Positions 13,492 through 28,108 of a DNA stretch of 64,000 nt are shown here, one piece after another (within the stretch, counting starts at the first letter, position 1; every line of letters starts with the position of its first letter). A model generated the notes under the pieces. That model was not told where the DNA came from. It was given only the letters and a program-made list of their open reading frames with translations, and searched no databases. The stretch is from Octopus sinensis (taxonomy: Eukaryota), in contig NC_043002.1 of NCBI RefSeq assembly GCF_006345805.1, forward strand, positions 102,548,001 to 102,612,000. Direction: 5' to 3'. A program made the translations under genes and the position numbers.

Positions 13492-14408
13492 TCTTTGCTT
13501 CTGCCTCTCTCCTTGGTATATTAAGTTAATTTTATTCATATCGATACATTATTTCGAGAAAATGTAATGATATTATCAACGCCCAGAAATTATAATCCAC
13601 ATGAGAAAGTACACAGATTTATAAGTGTAAATATTGAAACTTTTCGGGTTAATCGACCTTGCAAATTTTGGTGTAATTTGTCATTTTTTTTATTCTTTCA
13701 GAAATTGTCTTGATCGAATTACACTTTCCCTTTAACTAACTTGCGTATCTCGCAACTTGGGGAATATTTGCGAAATTAATAGATATGCAAACGAAAACAT
13801 GGAAAAAAATTCTTCCTGCGTGTTGATAATATTGCTTGAATCCCTCATGCGAAAGTATGAATTACCAGTTACAACAACGAGAAGAACGAAAGCGAAGAAT
13901 ATAATTCCGACCGCGAAAATTATCTATCACGCTTGGTGCGCTGCCTGTTGCTATACATAGCTGTTGTTTGATGCATGTTTTGTTTGTCCCATACAGGAAA
14001 TTATTAACGTTAAAATGTATGAATATTTTGCAGCACATTGATAAAATTACTAGATTGATACACGGAAAATATTAACATACATCGAATTATCATTTATCAA
14101 TAAGTGAGAACGACATTTTCCGCAGAAGAAAAAAGAGTGAAGGGGTGAAAATTGGTTGAAAGCGTGGAAAATAACATGGAAAAAAAAAACCGCGAAACAA
14201 AATTCGTTGGTGGAAAACTCGGAGTATCACGGGGAACTCCGTGAGCCACTCAACCCTTCCCTGTTCCGGAAATAAGGTGACTTGCTGTATGTCTAGAAGT
14301 AACTCGAAAGAACGCGTGAAAAAAACTATTTCACACCGAGGTAAAAACGGGTCCTTTACGAAATATTTACCTACTTTTTTTAAATAATTAGAATATGATC
14401 GAAAAGAC

Positions 14409-14635
14409 GGCGAGCTGGCAGACACGTTAGCGCGCCGGACGAAATGCTTAGCGGTATTTCGTCTGTCGTTACGTTCTGAGTTCAAATTCCGCCGTGGTCG
14501 ACTTTGCCTTTCATCCTTTCGGGGTCGATAAATAAAGTACCAGTTCGCACTGGGGTCGATGTAATCGACTTAATCCCTTTGTCTGTCCTTGTTTGTCCCC
14601 TCTATGTTTAGCCCCTTGTGGGCAATAAAGAAATA
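14409..14635 (+). mobile_element. tRNA-derived SINE, family B (CORE-like)
   Basis: GGCGAGCTGGCAGACACGTTAGC...TTCTGAGTTCAAATTCCGCC...CTTTCATCCTTTCGGGGTCGATAAAT...AATAAAGAAATA. Reverse copy at 27891-28108; decayed copies near 8950-9080 and 50150-50230. Confidence 0.88.
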
Positions 14636-15451
14636 TAAAATATTGTCGATTTAAAGAAAGTTGAAATACAAATACTCACAAGGCTTTGGTCAGCTCGAGG
14701 ATATAGTAGAGGACTCTTGCCCAAGGTGCCACACAATCTGACTGAACCAGGAACCATGTGGTTGGTAAGCAATCTACCTCTTCTGCGCCTATATGGTATG
14801 AGGTAATTGTTCCTTAATTGTTACTTAAAATTTATGCCACCAAAATTATTTGTAATGGCATTAACTTGAAATAATGTTTTAAAAACTAAAACATTGTTTG
14901 TTTAAAGAAAGAAAATGTTTAAATAATTACTGTAAAATCACATTCACTTAAAAATATTTGTAAGTGATTAAAATATTGTGTTTAACAAAAGCGAAACCAG
15001 AAACATTTACTGTAAAAACAAACTCGTTGGCAAGTTTGAGTTACCATGCCAATTGCCCAGGTTGTGAAGCTTGCCTTCAAAATACAGGGTAATGTTATTT
15101 TCGGAGTATTTTCCCAATATGCACCGTTTTGGGTAGTTATGAATACCCCAAAATCTATCATATCTCAGGAATCCTTAGTCTGATTTAAGCGAGACTTGTT
15201 TTATTCCGTTTGTAGTCACATTTCAGGGGTACCTTAATTCATAATATTTCCCTATTATGCGCCACTCTGGCTGTATTAAATAACAGAGAAGGATGGAAGC
15301 ATGCAATCACAGACGTTTAGTAGTATATATACTTCGATATGAATAATGTTTCCAAAGTTATGTTTCTTATGTTTGTGCAGAATATAATCAATTATCGAAT
15401 TATCATTCTCTCGTGTTTTCTAATCTAATTTCGTTTTTTGGTATATATCTT

Positions 15452-15843
15452 TCTCTTTTCTTTTATTGCTTCAGTCATTTGACTGCGGCCATGCTGTAGC
15501 ACTGCATTTAGTCGAGCAAACAACGCCAGGACTTATTTTTGCAAGCCTTGTACTTATTCTACCAGTCACTTATTCTACCAGTTACATCCATCATCAGTTG
15601 TCAAGCGATGGTGGAGAAGGGTAAACATAGACACACAAACTGACATACACACACACACATACACACATACACATATATACGACACACTTTTTTCAGTTTC
15701 CGTCTACCAAAGCCACTCACAAGGCTTTGGTCAGCTCGAGGATATAGTAGAGGACACTTTCCCAAGGTGCCACACAATCTGACTGAACTAGGAACCATGT
15801 GGCTGGTAAGCAAGCTACTTACGACACAGTCTCTTCTGCGCCT
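15452..15843 (-). mobile_element. SINE family A copy
   Basis: Homologous to 2416-2820. Confidence 0.88.
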
Positions 15844-15847
15844 ATAT

Positions 15848-15988
15848 GGTATGGGGTAAGTAGGTTGCACACCAGCCACATGGTTCCGGGTTCAGTCCAA
15901 CTGCGTGATAAGTGTCTTCTACTAAAACCTCGCGCCGACCAAAGCCTTGTGAGTGGATTTGGTAGACAGAAACTGGAAGAAGCCCGTC

Positions 15989-16032
<44 letters not shown>

Positions 16033-16240
16033 CATACATATATTTGTGGGTCTGTGTTTGTTCCTCACCAGCATCGTTGACAACCTATGCTGGTGTAAAT
16101 ACGGCCCCATAACCTAGCGGTTAGGCAATAGAGAACGATAGAATAAGTACTAGGCTTACAACAAAAATGCCATGGGGTCGACTTGCTCGGGTAAAGGCAA
16201 TGCTCCTGCATGGCCGCATTCAGATGAGTGAAAAGATAAA
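15848..16240 (+). mobile_element. SINE family A copy, head-to-head with the previous one
   Basis: Homologous to the reverse complement of 2416-2820. Confidence 0.85.
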
Positions 16241-16253
16241 TGAATATATATAT

Positions 16254-16363
<110 letters not shown>

Positions 16364-16461
16364 TAAGTAATTAAGGGTTTAGCAACGATTTGCCTCACCA
16401 CACACCGAATTTAGAAATAGCAGTCAAAGAGTTATAGCTATTCTTTCTACTAAAAGGGAGA

Positions 16462-16558
<97 letters not shown>

Positions 16559-17061
16559 ATACGTACACATACATGCGACAAACTAAACTTGGAACATGCA
16601 GCAAGTAGTCACATGCAGGTATACCATGTGGTATATAGAATCCAATATTCAAAATTATCTGAAATTCCTTTCACGGAGGACTTTAATTTGCAGTTCAATG
16701 CTAGCTTATTGAAATAAGGAATTTATAATTTATGCGATATTTCATAGAAATTACAAATACCTCGTAAAATTCTTTTGAACTCGCGTATTTCTCGTTGGAT
16801 ATTTCTAGAATGCTTCTTCTTTGAAATATGAAATTAGGTTAGCATGATCAAATGACAAAATGCTGGCTAAGCTGCTCATTAATATTATTTGCAGACAGGC
16901 TGTTCTTTGTATAGGTTCCACTAGAATAACCTATCTATGTATGAATCTATTTATCTACATGACTAAGCGTATCGTCTCTTCTTCAGTACACACGCAAACA
17001 CACATGTATACATACATACACACATATGCACACACACACAAACTGACTCACGCTCACGCAT

Positions 17062-17094
<33 letters not shown>

Positions 17095-17706
17095 ATTGGG
17101 TTCCAAAATTTTGGCGGTCCTCTACGGTCTTAATTCCCAGCACTTATAATTCAATCCTTCGTTCATGCACTCCACACACATACACGTACGCGCTTAAACA
17201 CACATACACACACACAAAGACGCACAGGTATAAATGCACAGAGCAACCTGTTAATCATACATACACATTACAAAGAAGCAAGCACACAACTCTCACGCAA
17301 ATATATGCAACGATCACAGTTATGCCCCTTGCTAAAGCGGACTCTCTACACCTAGCGGTTGCACAAAAGTGCGCTTCAGTCACATTGATTATCATTCTAT
17401 TTTTCTGTTCTCTGAAGTGACTTATTATCTTTCGGAAGAAGTGTGATTGCGTGAAAAGTTGAATACGTTTTTGCATCTTCACTTACCCTGAACCTGTAGC
17501 TGATATTTACTTTTTCAATAAGTCGTTACCTCTGCCGAATACGCGTGCGCACACACTCACATACACGCACACACACGCACACACACACATTCATACAAAA
17601 ATGTGTGTGTATATAGACACGCACATTTGTATGTATTTACTTATATATATATATGCACATGGTTATATAGTTATATATACATGCATGTACACATGTATAC
17701 ATATGC

Positions 17707-17739
<33 letters not shown>

Positions 17740-17744
17740 ATATA

Positions 17745-17930
17745 GTTAATCCAGCGCGAGGATGTGGAACAAGTATAGTGTTATTGGACGCTCAGGAAAG
17801 GAAAGAAAAGAAAGATTTAACGTTTCGAGCGGAGCTCCTCGTTAGAAACATAGGAAAGGGAAAGACCCAAGGAAGGGAATACGGAAGAAAAAAATAGCCA
17901 ACGATACACACGCGGTCACATACACACACG
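17745..17930. mobile_element. PLE-like terminal module with a mutated minimal HHR (minus strand 17816-17848); partial copy at 53095-53172
   Basis: Shared GTATAGT(G/A)TTATTGGACGCTCAGGAAAG. Minus strand TTT-CTAACGA-G-GAGC-TCC-GCTC-GAAA-CG-TT-AAA. Confidence 0.55.
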
Positions 17931-18240
17931 CAGACACACACACACACACATAAATATACATATATATATATATATATACAAGATAAGAAAATGGAGAAGT
18001 ACATCTAAATCAAATATCAATTACCAGATAATACTCAATCACATACTTTATTAAACCACCCGATAAGAGACTGTAGGGTTGTGGTAAATCATTTTACCTT
18101 TGCCCATATAATACAGTAAATGAATTAATTGCATCGCAACCATTAACATTTATGTATTAACTTTGTTGGGTACTTCAATAGCAGTATATTGGGTATATTT
18201 TATCCATGGAGGGTTGCATTTACAAACCATATCTCAATTG

Positions 18241-18272
<32 letters not shown>

Positions 18273-19561
18273 ATATATATTATATATATATCTATATATA
18301 TATACTTATATACGTATACATACTTTTGCATATATATGTATATATATTCAGCTATATATGTAAATATATTTACTTATGTTAAACACACACACACAAACAC
18401 ACTTATATGAAAATTCCATACTATGCATATCTATTGAATGATTTCGCTTCTCAATTTTGAAACTAATTGTCATCGTACCTCACTGCTGTCAGGGCATGAT
18501 GATTTTAAATTAAAGCTTGAATTGTTGCCTGTCTATTGTGTCATAGCTTCCTGAGATTCAATGAATCACCGGTGAGAGATTGGTGACAAATGCAGTAACC
18601 TCATTCTCACCTTTCAGTAATCGTCAGCAATCACACTTCCAGGCTCTTATTAAGTAGCCTTCTTCAAATTTCTTTAATTAAAATTGAGTCTCTGCGTCTG
18701 TGATTGAAAAATCAATGACAAAATTGCGTATAAAGTAACGTACCCATGCGAACACATTTTATAGATTCCTAAAGACCTAGATGTACATTATGGTATGGGG
18801 GATATTACAAAGAAATTTATAGCGTAATTATAAATCACGTTTGACATTTGCATAAATGGTAACGAAACACAAATACGAAGAATTAGATTCTCTCATTAAA
18901 TAAGTTATTAAATTCTATTTGATATAAACGAATTCTTTTGTCATTCAAATATTTAACACTCTGCAACTTTAAGTCAAGAATGCAACGCAACGGTTAATGT
19001 AAATGCGACACACCACTTTATAGTTATCAAGACACGCTCTTGATAATTCCCATTCATATTCCTGAAGAAACAAAGAATATTTATCCATCTTAGGGTATCT
19101 TCTTAAAGTACGTGTCTTGTACTTTTCACTGTCACTTGTTCGTGAACTGGTTCTACTCTGAAATTATCGGTTAGAATTACTTAGGCGGAGTTTGCGAAAT
19201 GATTTCAGGTCTTCGTAGTATACATCACAATACATCCATCTCCAGTACAGGAGTTTATTCTTCCCTATTCTCGTATTCCTTCTGGATTATAATATAAGGA
19301 TCATTCTCCAACATAAGGATCACGTATGTCCCATATTCTCACAGGTTGTTTCTGATTGAAAACTCATCTTCATTTCACATGTATTTCTGAAATACCCGAT
19401 CGCTTTCAGAGTATTTCACCGTGGAAATTCAGTTCGTCTAAAATCGTAAGGAATCCAGTCCTGACACGGGATAGCAAAATCAATGTTAACCAGATGTGAA
19501 GCATTCATTCTCTGCCCTTTCCACTTTGTGTCTCTGTCTCTTTCTGCCTCTGTCTGTCTGT

Positions 19562-19599
<38 letters not shown>

Positions 19600-19618
19600 T
19601 CTCTCTCACACACACACT

Positions 19619-19650
<32 letters not shown>

Positions 19651-20050
19651 CTCTCTTTGTTAATGTGTCTCACTTTTTTTAAAATCGATGTGATAATTTG
19701 TGTATGATGAGGGGCTAACAATTGCTTTTTGAATACCAGAAGGCAAAAGATAATGGTGACATTAGTTATGAAGATTAGCGCTTAGGGAGGAGGAATTAAT
19801 TGGTAACATATATGAATCTCTGCATTTAGGAGGAAGAGAATCATTACAATACCAGTGATGAAACCGTGACAGGATTCTGTACCGAGAAAAGCGAGAGACG
19901 ATATTTAGATTAGGAAAACATTAGTAAGAAATATATATCAAATTATAATTTGGCGCTTAAGGCTTAAACTGATTTCATCCTGTAGGTTGGAAGAAGATAC
20001 ATCAACGGTGGTATTTAACAGTAAAACATGACATCTCGTTCTCCTCCCCG

Positions 20051-20083
<33 letters not shown>

Positions 20084-22069
20084 TCTCTTTCTCTTTCTCT
20101 TCATAATCTCATAACAGAGTCGATCAGAATAAAAATATACGTGAAATAGATCCCATTGGCGTCGTTTAATGTATTATCTTTCGTGCTTGTTTTCTTGTAA
20201 ATAGTTATGACACTATTATTTCACAAAATAACGAGGGAAACTGAATTTGCCGAAACTATGCATAGCCACAATGAATATATTAGTTTGGTTCGTATTACGC
20301 TAATCTAATTAATAGCAAATCCCATATGGGTGTAACTGTAAATGCGGTATCATTAATCCGCTGGATTTCGTCTAATTCCTTATCCTCCGCAATTCTAAAT
20401 TGGACATCAAAGAATGTATAAAGCATATTTGGTGGAAAATGCGTAACAGATTTGTTGTTGCAGATGGCGCTGTTGCTACAGTCTTGCAGTGTTATATGAG
20501 AGCATAAGCACAAATAAAAGTTTGTTCAGTAACACCATGGTATTGTTTATCCCTAGGAAATATTTCAGTTAAGAAATATAGTGCTAAATGCCACTCCAGC
20601 CTTGATCATCACAATTTTCCTGTTTTTCATTCGCTCGTCAGGTATGGGGTAACCTGGATAATATTCTTGGTAGACCTTCACTCTTTCAAAAGATTTATCT
20701 TAGGATATCCAACCCTTTCCCAGGAGGTTTAGCCTATATTGTTTGAATCTTTCGCTATTACTCCTAGAATTTATCATCTATAAATCTCAGGGGAAATCTG
20801 CGCAAGCTGATTTCTAGTACTTTCCAAAAGGATGAAGATAGTCGAAGCTACCCTCGTCCTCTGCACGATTCGATCAAATATATGTGCAAAGAATTAACTA
20901 AACAAAATCTACGCCATTTATCCGGAGGCTCTACGGATTCTGATAAGCCAACCTTCTTCCACCACAGAAGTACGTCTTCACCGACATCGCCTTCACGTTC
21001 AGCAATAATACTAAACACTAACGAAACATTATTACGCTAGAAACTACAAGAGTAAAACCATTAAGTACCGAGGTAGCTGTTTTATTGCGGATTTTATCTG
21101 CTGATGTCGATTATTGGTTCCATTATGATCTGTATACAATCAGTTACTATGGCAACAATGGTTGTCGATTGAAATAGGAAAGAAATAGAAAGAATAAGAG
21201 AAAGAAGGAGAAAAATCTGTCTTGTAACGAATAATGTGCAGAACGATTTTTTATTTCTTTTTACGAAAAGTCACGATGCAAGATTGCATTATAACTGTAG
21301 CATAATAATACTAGTAATAATAATACTAATAATATTAACAACAACAACAATAATAGCAACAATGATAAACAATACAACAAAGAAAAATGTCTAAGCAAAA
21401 AATATGTGTTGAAAAGTCGATATAAATATCTTGAAATAGTAAAAGATACGGAGTAAGTGCATCGCTTTCTAAATTTCGGAAATTATCAAATATTTCACGA
21501 AGACTTTAAAATGTAACAATGGCTTCTAGTGTTGACACTGAGTTACAAATGTTGACATAAGGAATATATCTGCAGACATTTTTGTCTTCGTGTGCATTTC
21601 TACAATAGTTTAAGAGGAAACATCAAACCAGATTATGATTGCAGGTTTCGAATTCGCCCGTTATCTCACGTCTAAAGCTGTGGAAACTGCAAATGCAAAA
21701 GTCTTACTTTCAAAAATACTGCTTTCTTTAAAAAGAAATTTTCGATATAAATACGCATGCATAATATGTTATATTATAAATGCGTTAACCCATACAGGTG
21801 TGAGTATATACATACATATATATCATATATATACATACATGCATACATGCATACATATATATGGAGAGAGAGAGAGATACATACATACATATATAGATGT
21901 AAATGTATGTCCACCAGTTATTTATCTATCTATCTATCGATTCACAGACAGCCACATACTGATACATACATACATACAGATACATACACACATACACACA
22001 CACACATACACACATAGATACATACATACATAAATGCATACATACATATAGCTAGGACATTCTATAATG

Positions 22070-22535
22070 AAAACCGTCGGTAGGGGAACCTCGAGGACAA
22101 AGAAATGAGAACTCCAGTATGGTAGAAGCCATAGCCACTAAACCCAAAAATATTACTAGTGGAATGTTCCAGTGAAGACCTCAATAAAATGTAAGCACAA
22201 TAGAACTGATATAATGATTTGGGATAGAGAAGTGAATCTGTGCACAGTTGTGGAAATTATCTGTCCAGCGAATGTTACTATAAAGCTGAAGATCAGTGAA
22301 AAAGAGAAAACCTGTGCTGAACTATTGAAGAATCTGCATTTACTCTATCCAGATTACAAGTTCAGGTTTATACCTGTAATTAGGGGGGGGGTTGGATATG
22401 TAACACACTGCCTAAATTCAAATCTTGAGAAAATAGGCTTCTCAAAACCAGAAAGGAGACAGCTAATTCGAATACTACAAATCTAATCCATCACTGGAAC
22501 TGTAAAAATCTGTAAAACTTTCCAGAAGTTTAACA
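22070..22535 (+). mobile_element. R4/Dong-like (RLE-clade) non-LTR retrotransposon, restriction-like endonuclease C-terminus, decayed
   Basis: WNVPVKTSIKCKHNRTDIMIWDREVNLCTVVEIICP...EKEKTCAELLKNLHLLYPDYKFRFIPVI..GVGYV matches the PD..D/E-x-K RLE layout. Confidence 0.8.
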
Positions 22536-22799
22536 TTTACGTATATATGAGCATGTCTAGACGTGCAACTATATCCATGAGAATGCACACATAAAGCAAA
22601 ACGTACAAAACTACACATATACATACAAACAAAGATACCTTGTTGTTGATGTTGAAATTCCAATGAAGGGGCCTTGAAACTAGGTTAGAAAGCGACCCTT
22701 TCCCTATTGGCAAGAAATCTTGAAATAAAGCTTAAGAATGACATACATACATATAATGTGAATGAAGAAATGAAGAATAAATGAAATGTACCGTATGAG

Positions 22800-23425
22800 C
22801 AATATTTCATAGGCTATGAAGAGACAATTCATTTTATTAATGCAAAAACTGCTCCAGTCGCAAAATATCTCTAATTATGTCTCCCTGGAAATTTGAGGAA
22901 ACGTATTTACTCATTATTTTGAGAACTGTCAATCCTGATGCATAAAGAGTATATTTATTGCAGCATGATCATTTCGTAGATCATCAAGTATTCTTAAAAT
23001 CTCTGCTAAGCATTTAATTTCAAAATGTTTGTTCATTTTTTACAACCGATAAAAAATGCGATGTAAACAAATGTGTCTTTTCTTAGCATTAACTTGATTT
23101 ATATCAATTCTGCTGTATAGAGAAGGTACATCGTTTGAGCCCCATTCAAGTATGACATTCGTCATTTGAAACGTTCCTTTTTGCGTTGTAAGGGATGAAA
23201 CTGTCCTCTAGTTTCTCATTTGCTTCGCCAACGTCGTTGTTTCGTTTGTTAGTATGCCTGACTGATGGTTCATCACTATCAAATCGTTCGCGAAAGAACT
23301 TTCGCCTATTTTCCATGTATTTTATTTTGAACGTATTAATATTTCTTCTTAAATCTGTTTCCTGACATGACGTTGTAAATAAATTCATGCCAGCTTTTGA
23401 CGTCAATATTTTGCCACTCATGTTG
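22800..23425 (-). mobile_element. Possible highly decayed hAT-type transposase remnant
   Basis: Broken frames (RRKFFRERFDSDEP..., EIKCLAEILRILDDL..., NTFPQIS) loosely recall the hAT C-terminal region. Weak, by eye. Confidence 0.25.
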
Positions 23426-23559
23426 AACTCAAAACGTCACCAGCCTTATTTCATCATCCCTCGCCTAAGGCTTTTGAAACCAGCAGGAAAAACGCTGATT
23501 CTTAAGCATCTTTCACAGTGACTGGTTTTGTCCGAAGCCTTCGATATTGCAGATTCTTT

Positions 23560-24140
23560 CCTCATGCAATTAGTCAGTATGGAGCATACATATTTTTCCC
23601 TCACAAATAATGCTACACCACCAACGAATATTTTGCTCCATTGCAAGCCTGCTCTTCCCAGTTTTCAATAGAGGAAGCACACATCATGAAGTTCAACTGA
23701 TTTTGTCCTAACGCTTTCTCTTTTCCTTTTTTCGGTTCCCCATAAATGTTTCTCAAGCAAACCAGCTCTCCAATCCACGTTAAAACCCTCCTATTGATGA
23801 TGGCTTCAATGTTAGACATTCCAGCGTTCTCTACAACCTCAGTCTTCGCGGTGTATGTGGTCCACTTCTCATTGACTATATATGTGAAACATCATTGGTG
23901 AAACCGTCCGAAAAAATTGACTTTGTGTTTGTAGAACATCCAAGTTTCTCAGCTATACGATAAAGCTGAGTGCAGACTAGTTTTGTATATGGATATATTT
24001 GCATTCAATCTGATCCAGTGTTCTGAACAAAGCCTGCTTTTCAGATTTCCAGTAGGAGTCGAAGCCTTCTTTACTGTGTAGAATATCTCCATCACTAAAC
24101 AGACATCATCTGAGAATGCACTCATAGGAAAAGCAAGCGT
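23560..24140 (-). mobile_element. RTE-clade LINE 3' fragment, decayed
   Basis: IYKTSLHSALSYS*ETW...FHQ*CF..IVNEKWTTYTAKTEVVENAGMSNIEAIINRRVLTWIG is collinear with the C-terminal half of the RTE at 44735-46170. Confidence 0.7.
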
Positions 24141-24288
24141 TTTCATTATTTTAATTTGATAAATATGCTTTCTGCTTTTCTCGGTGACACCTGCAACACA
24201 CACGTATACATGCGCACGCACACATTCACATGCATATATATATATATATATGCAAACATATATCTGAGTATAGTAACTCATATGTACG

Positions 24289-24337
<49 letters not shown>

Positions 24338-24659
24338 TTATATATACGTATAACAATTCCTCTATATACATATATATGCATATATATATATATATATATA
24401 TGTCGACTCATAGAGACATACACACTTACACAGACAAGCATAACAGAATTGTGAAGCCGAATGAAAAAGATTTGCGGTAATGTTACAGTTATACGACCGC
24501 CTGCACGACTAATGGGACCCAATACGAGTATAAAAACCTTTAGTGTCGATGTCTCAATATCTAGAGTAACCAGCAGTTTTACTCAACAAAGATTATAGGT
24601 TGAGGAGAAGTACTATGTGCTGCTAGTTCGAGATTACACCAACAAATACCAACACCGAT

Positions 24660-24747
<88 letters not shown>

Positions 24748-24823
24748 AAATATTAGGGAATAAATCCAAACTTACAGGGAAAAATCAGATTTAGGATTGA
24801 ATCTAATTTTATAGTAAAATATT

Positions 24824-25071
24824 ATATTATATTAAATTAGAGATAAAACCACTATTAGGCAAATCATACAATGAAAAACTTAAGCCAAGACATAAGATTA
24901 ATTAATTTATATTATTTAAAATATATATCAAAATTATTAAAAAGTGTTATACTCATTATCTTCTTAATAATTTTGATATATATTTTAAATAATATAAATT
25001 AATTAATCTTATGTCTTGGCTTAAGTTTTTCATTGTATGATTTGCCTAATAGTGGTTTTATCTCTAATTTA

Positions 25072-25080
<9 letters not shown>
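24824..25080. repeat. Perfect inverted repeat, 117-bp arms, 23-bp spacer
   Basis: 24824-24940 is the exact reverse complement of 24964-25080. Confidence 0.95.
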
Positions 25081-25130
<50 letters not shown>

Positions 25131-26299
25131 GCGCGTATGTGTTTTGTACGTGTGTACGAATGTGAGTATACGCACACATGTATGTACGATGTATGTTAAA
25201 TATATATATATATATATATACATATTACTGTATATAATATATAACATAATGATATCTATGAAAGTATGTATACACACACACACAATTGTGCTGTTTCTAA
25301 GTCATTTTTTTTTCCTTTTTCGAGATAAAAAGAAATCTCGTATACACTCTTATAATCTACCGACACAGACTTACACATTTTCATACACGTAGTCACAGAG
25401 TTATTTACTCTACAATACTTGTACGTGTACCGTATATGTTTGCGAGCTTAATTGTACGTGTATATGTGTAGGTGTATGGCTATATATTTTTTTCAATGCG
25501 TACATTTTTACCCTCACACACAAATACACACACATATCAATAATTCGTTCGTCAGTTTTCCGCCATTTTTCTACTATTGAAACTAATGTTAAACCGAGTG
25601 ACAAGGTTGTTAGATGTATTGTGATACATTTGCTTCAGGCGTGTTTAGTGGTTGAGCGAGTAAATAATCTGTGTGAGTAATTGTGTGAGGAATAAAGAGC
25701 GAGTAAGAGGTCAGAAATATTCATTACAACTTTTTTTCTGATACTACATTGGATGTTCTTTTCTCTCTTTAATATTGCAATATTTATTTCCGTGATTTCA
25801 CAATGCCCTAGAGTGCTCCTACTATCTTTGTCTTCCTATTTTGTAAGCGGCCGACATAAGTTACAGCTGAAATTTACCATGTCTGTCGTAAAGAATTTCC
25901 GACAGGGGACTTGGCGATAGAGCGACGAGTCAATCATTGGATATGAAAGTGCAATATATGAAAAAAAACACACAAAAAAACAACAACAACAACAACAATA
26001 TAAACACACAAATCAACGCATCCACCTACGCACACATACAGACATATACACATACGTAGACACACACATGTATCTAAAGAGAGAGCGAGAAAGAGAGAGA
26101 AGTGCATATATATGCATATATACTTTTTACTTGTTCTAGCAAATATATACTCGTGCGTGTCTATATACATATATACACTCACACACAAACACACGCTTGT
26201 ACTCAAACACGCACACTCATACGTACACACACATATATATATATATATATATATGTGATAGACTGATAGACGCATGTGTGTTCGCAGTTATATATATAT

Positions 26300-26347
<48 letters not shown>

Positions 26348-27890
26348 TATGCATATATGATGTTCCCTTACTTCCTATTATAAATTTATTATAAAACCAC
26401 TTACCATTCCGATTCAATAATTGTCCTAACTTTCAGTCTACTGGTGAGTACCTGATATATAAATCTTGTTATTTGTGACCAATATATCCAGTTGCTAGGG
26501 AGGATTCCATTTAAGCCTCCCCATCTTTATACAAGAGATCTTCGATTTGCATACATTTTCTTGACCAACATTTTATCACTACATTCCACTCCAATGATGT
26601 CTGTATTACTGTATTCGATGTATTGGCAGAGTCGTTTGGCCTCGCCTCTTTGGCGTCACTGACTTATTTGACATCAGAAGTTTTGAGATTTTTCTCTCTC
26701 TCTCTCTCTCCCTCCCTTTCTGTGTCTGTCTCCCAATACTTCTCTCACCGTCGTTCGTTCTTTTGATATGCGTGTGTATATGATTATTTCGATGTAACAA
26801 ATTGTGTTTTTTTACCGTTGAATTAAATATGACAGATTTTTCACAATGTTACATTTTGAAAAATATACTAGATAAATGCCCCACCAAAATTCACGTTTGA
26901 AACAAGTGTACGCAGTAAAAACAAGTTATATCAAATGTTTAGCCCTTTTGTGGGGTTTAGAGTATATTCACCAATTCCATGTTGCCATATATTCTTGAAG
27001 TATTTAAGGTAACTTTCGTTGCATTTTGGAAACTTATTTGATCAGAATCACACACTTTTCAACGGGCAGTTTATCTATATCACCTTAGAAAAATAGAATA
27101 AGGCATCGTATTCTTGTAATGTTTTGGCTAATGGAAGATATCGATTGAGAGCAAATAAAAGATTGACTGAAGGAAATAATTTTCATCCATTAAATTGATG
27201 ATCTACAACGATAAACTAAAGAAATTATCGATATTATCTTCATGGATTACTTTACGGATTCCTTGGAGGTGATATGACCCATGTGGGTTCATTTCAGTGC
27301 CACTTCGCACCGCCTCGGGCAAGTGTTTTTCTCGCTAGCCCTGGATCATCAAATGCCTTGTCAGAGAATCAGGTAAACGGAAGCTAGGTAGAGACTCTTC
27401 TTATGTATAAGCTGTGCGTTTGTCTCTCTTTGTGTGTGTACGTGTGTGTGCGTGCCTCTGTGTGTGTGTGTGTGTGTGTCTGTCTGTGTGTGTGTATGTG
27501 TCTGTGTGTGTGTAAATTTGTGTTTGACCTCTTCAAAATGATTGACAACCAGTGTTTTGTTTTTGTACGTCCCCGTCATTCAACGCATTGACAAAGGGCC
27601 CCGTGTTATAAGTACCGTGCTGCCAAATAGATACTGCGGTCGATGTTTTCGACTAAACATTACAAGAGGATGGTCCAATCCAATGATTAAATTAAGTAAA
27701 AGATAAAGAATAAAGTTAAATTAACTGAAGACGAGCACATAATGATCTTGATGGTCACGAAACTCTGAAAACTTAGGGTGCATAATTGTTAATACTACAA
27801 AATGATTTCTTTACATTTTAGCAATCTAGATGGCAGCAGCGCCCTAGAAAAAGAGGAGAATATTTTGCTTGTGTAGCATTTCTGAATACC

Positions 27891-28108
27891 TATTTCTTTA
27901 CTACCCACAAGGGGCTAATCACAGAGAGAACAAACAAATTAAGTCGATTATATCGACCCCAGTTCGTAACTGGCACGTATTTAATCGACCCCGAAAGAAT
28001 GAAAAGCAAAGTCGACCTCGGCGGAATTTGAACTCAGAACGTAGCTGGAGACGAAATACTGCTAAGCATTTTGCCTGGCGGTGCTAATGCTTCTGCCATC
28101 TCGCCGCC
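27891..28108 (-). mobile_element. SINE family B copy
   Basis: Reverse-complement homolog of 14409-14635. Confidence 0.85.

Noticed and set aside
15030-15090. Frame YHANCPGCEAC with LIM-like H-x2-C-x2-C-x2-C spacing
   Set aside because: It lacks the conserved aromatic after the Cys, the upstream CxxC and a usable splice acceptor, and it stops 6 codons later.
20770-21040. About 90-codon open frame (...HDSIKYMCKELTKQNLRHLSGGSTDSD...)
   Set aside because: No recognisable homology or donor site; open frames of this length are expected by chance here.
26426-26439. 7-nt microexon-like TTTCAG|TCTACTG|GTGAGT
   Set aside because: Not frame-preserving, the branch-point-like motif is too close to the AG, and nothing else supports it.
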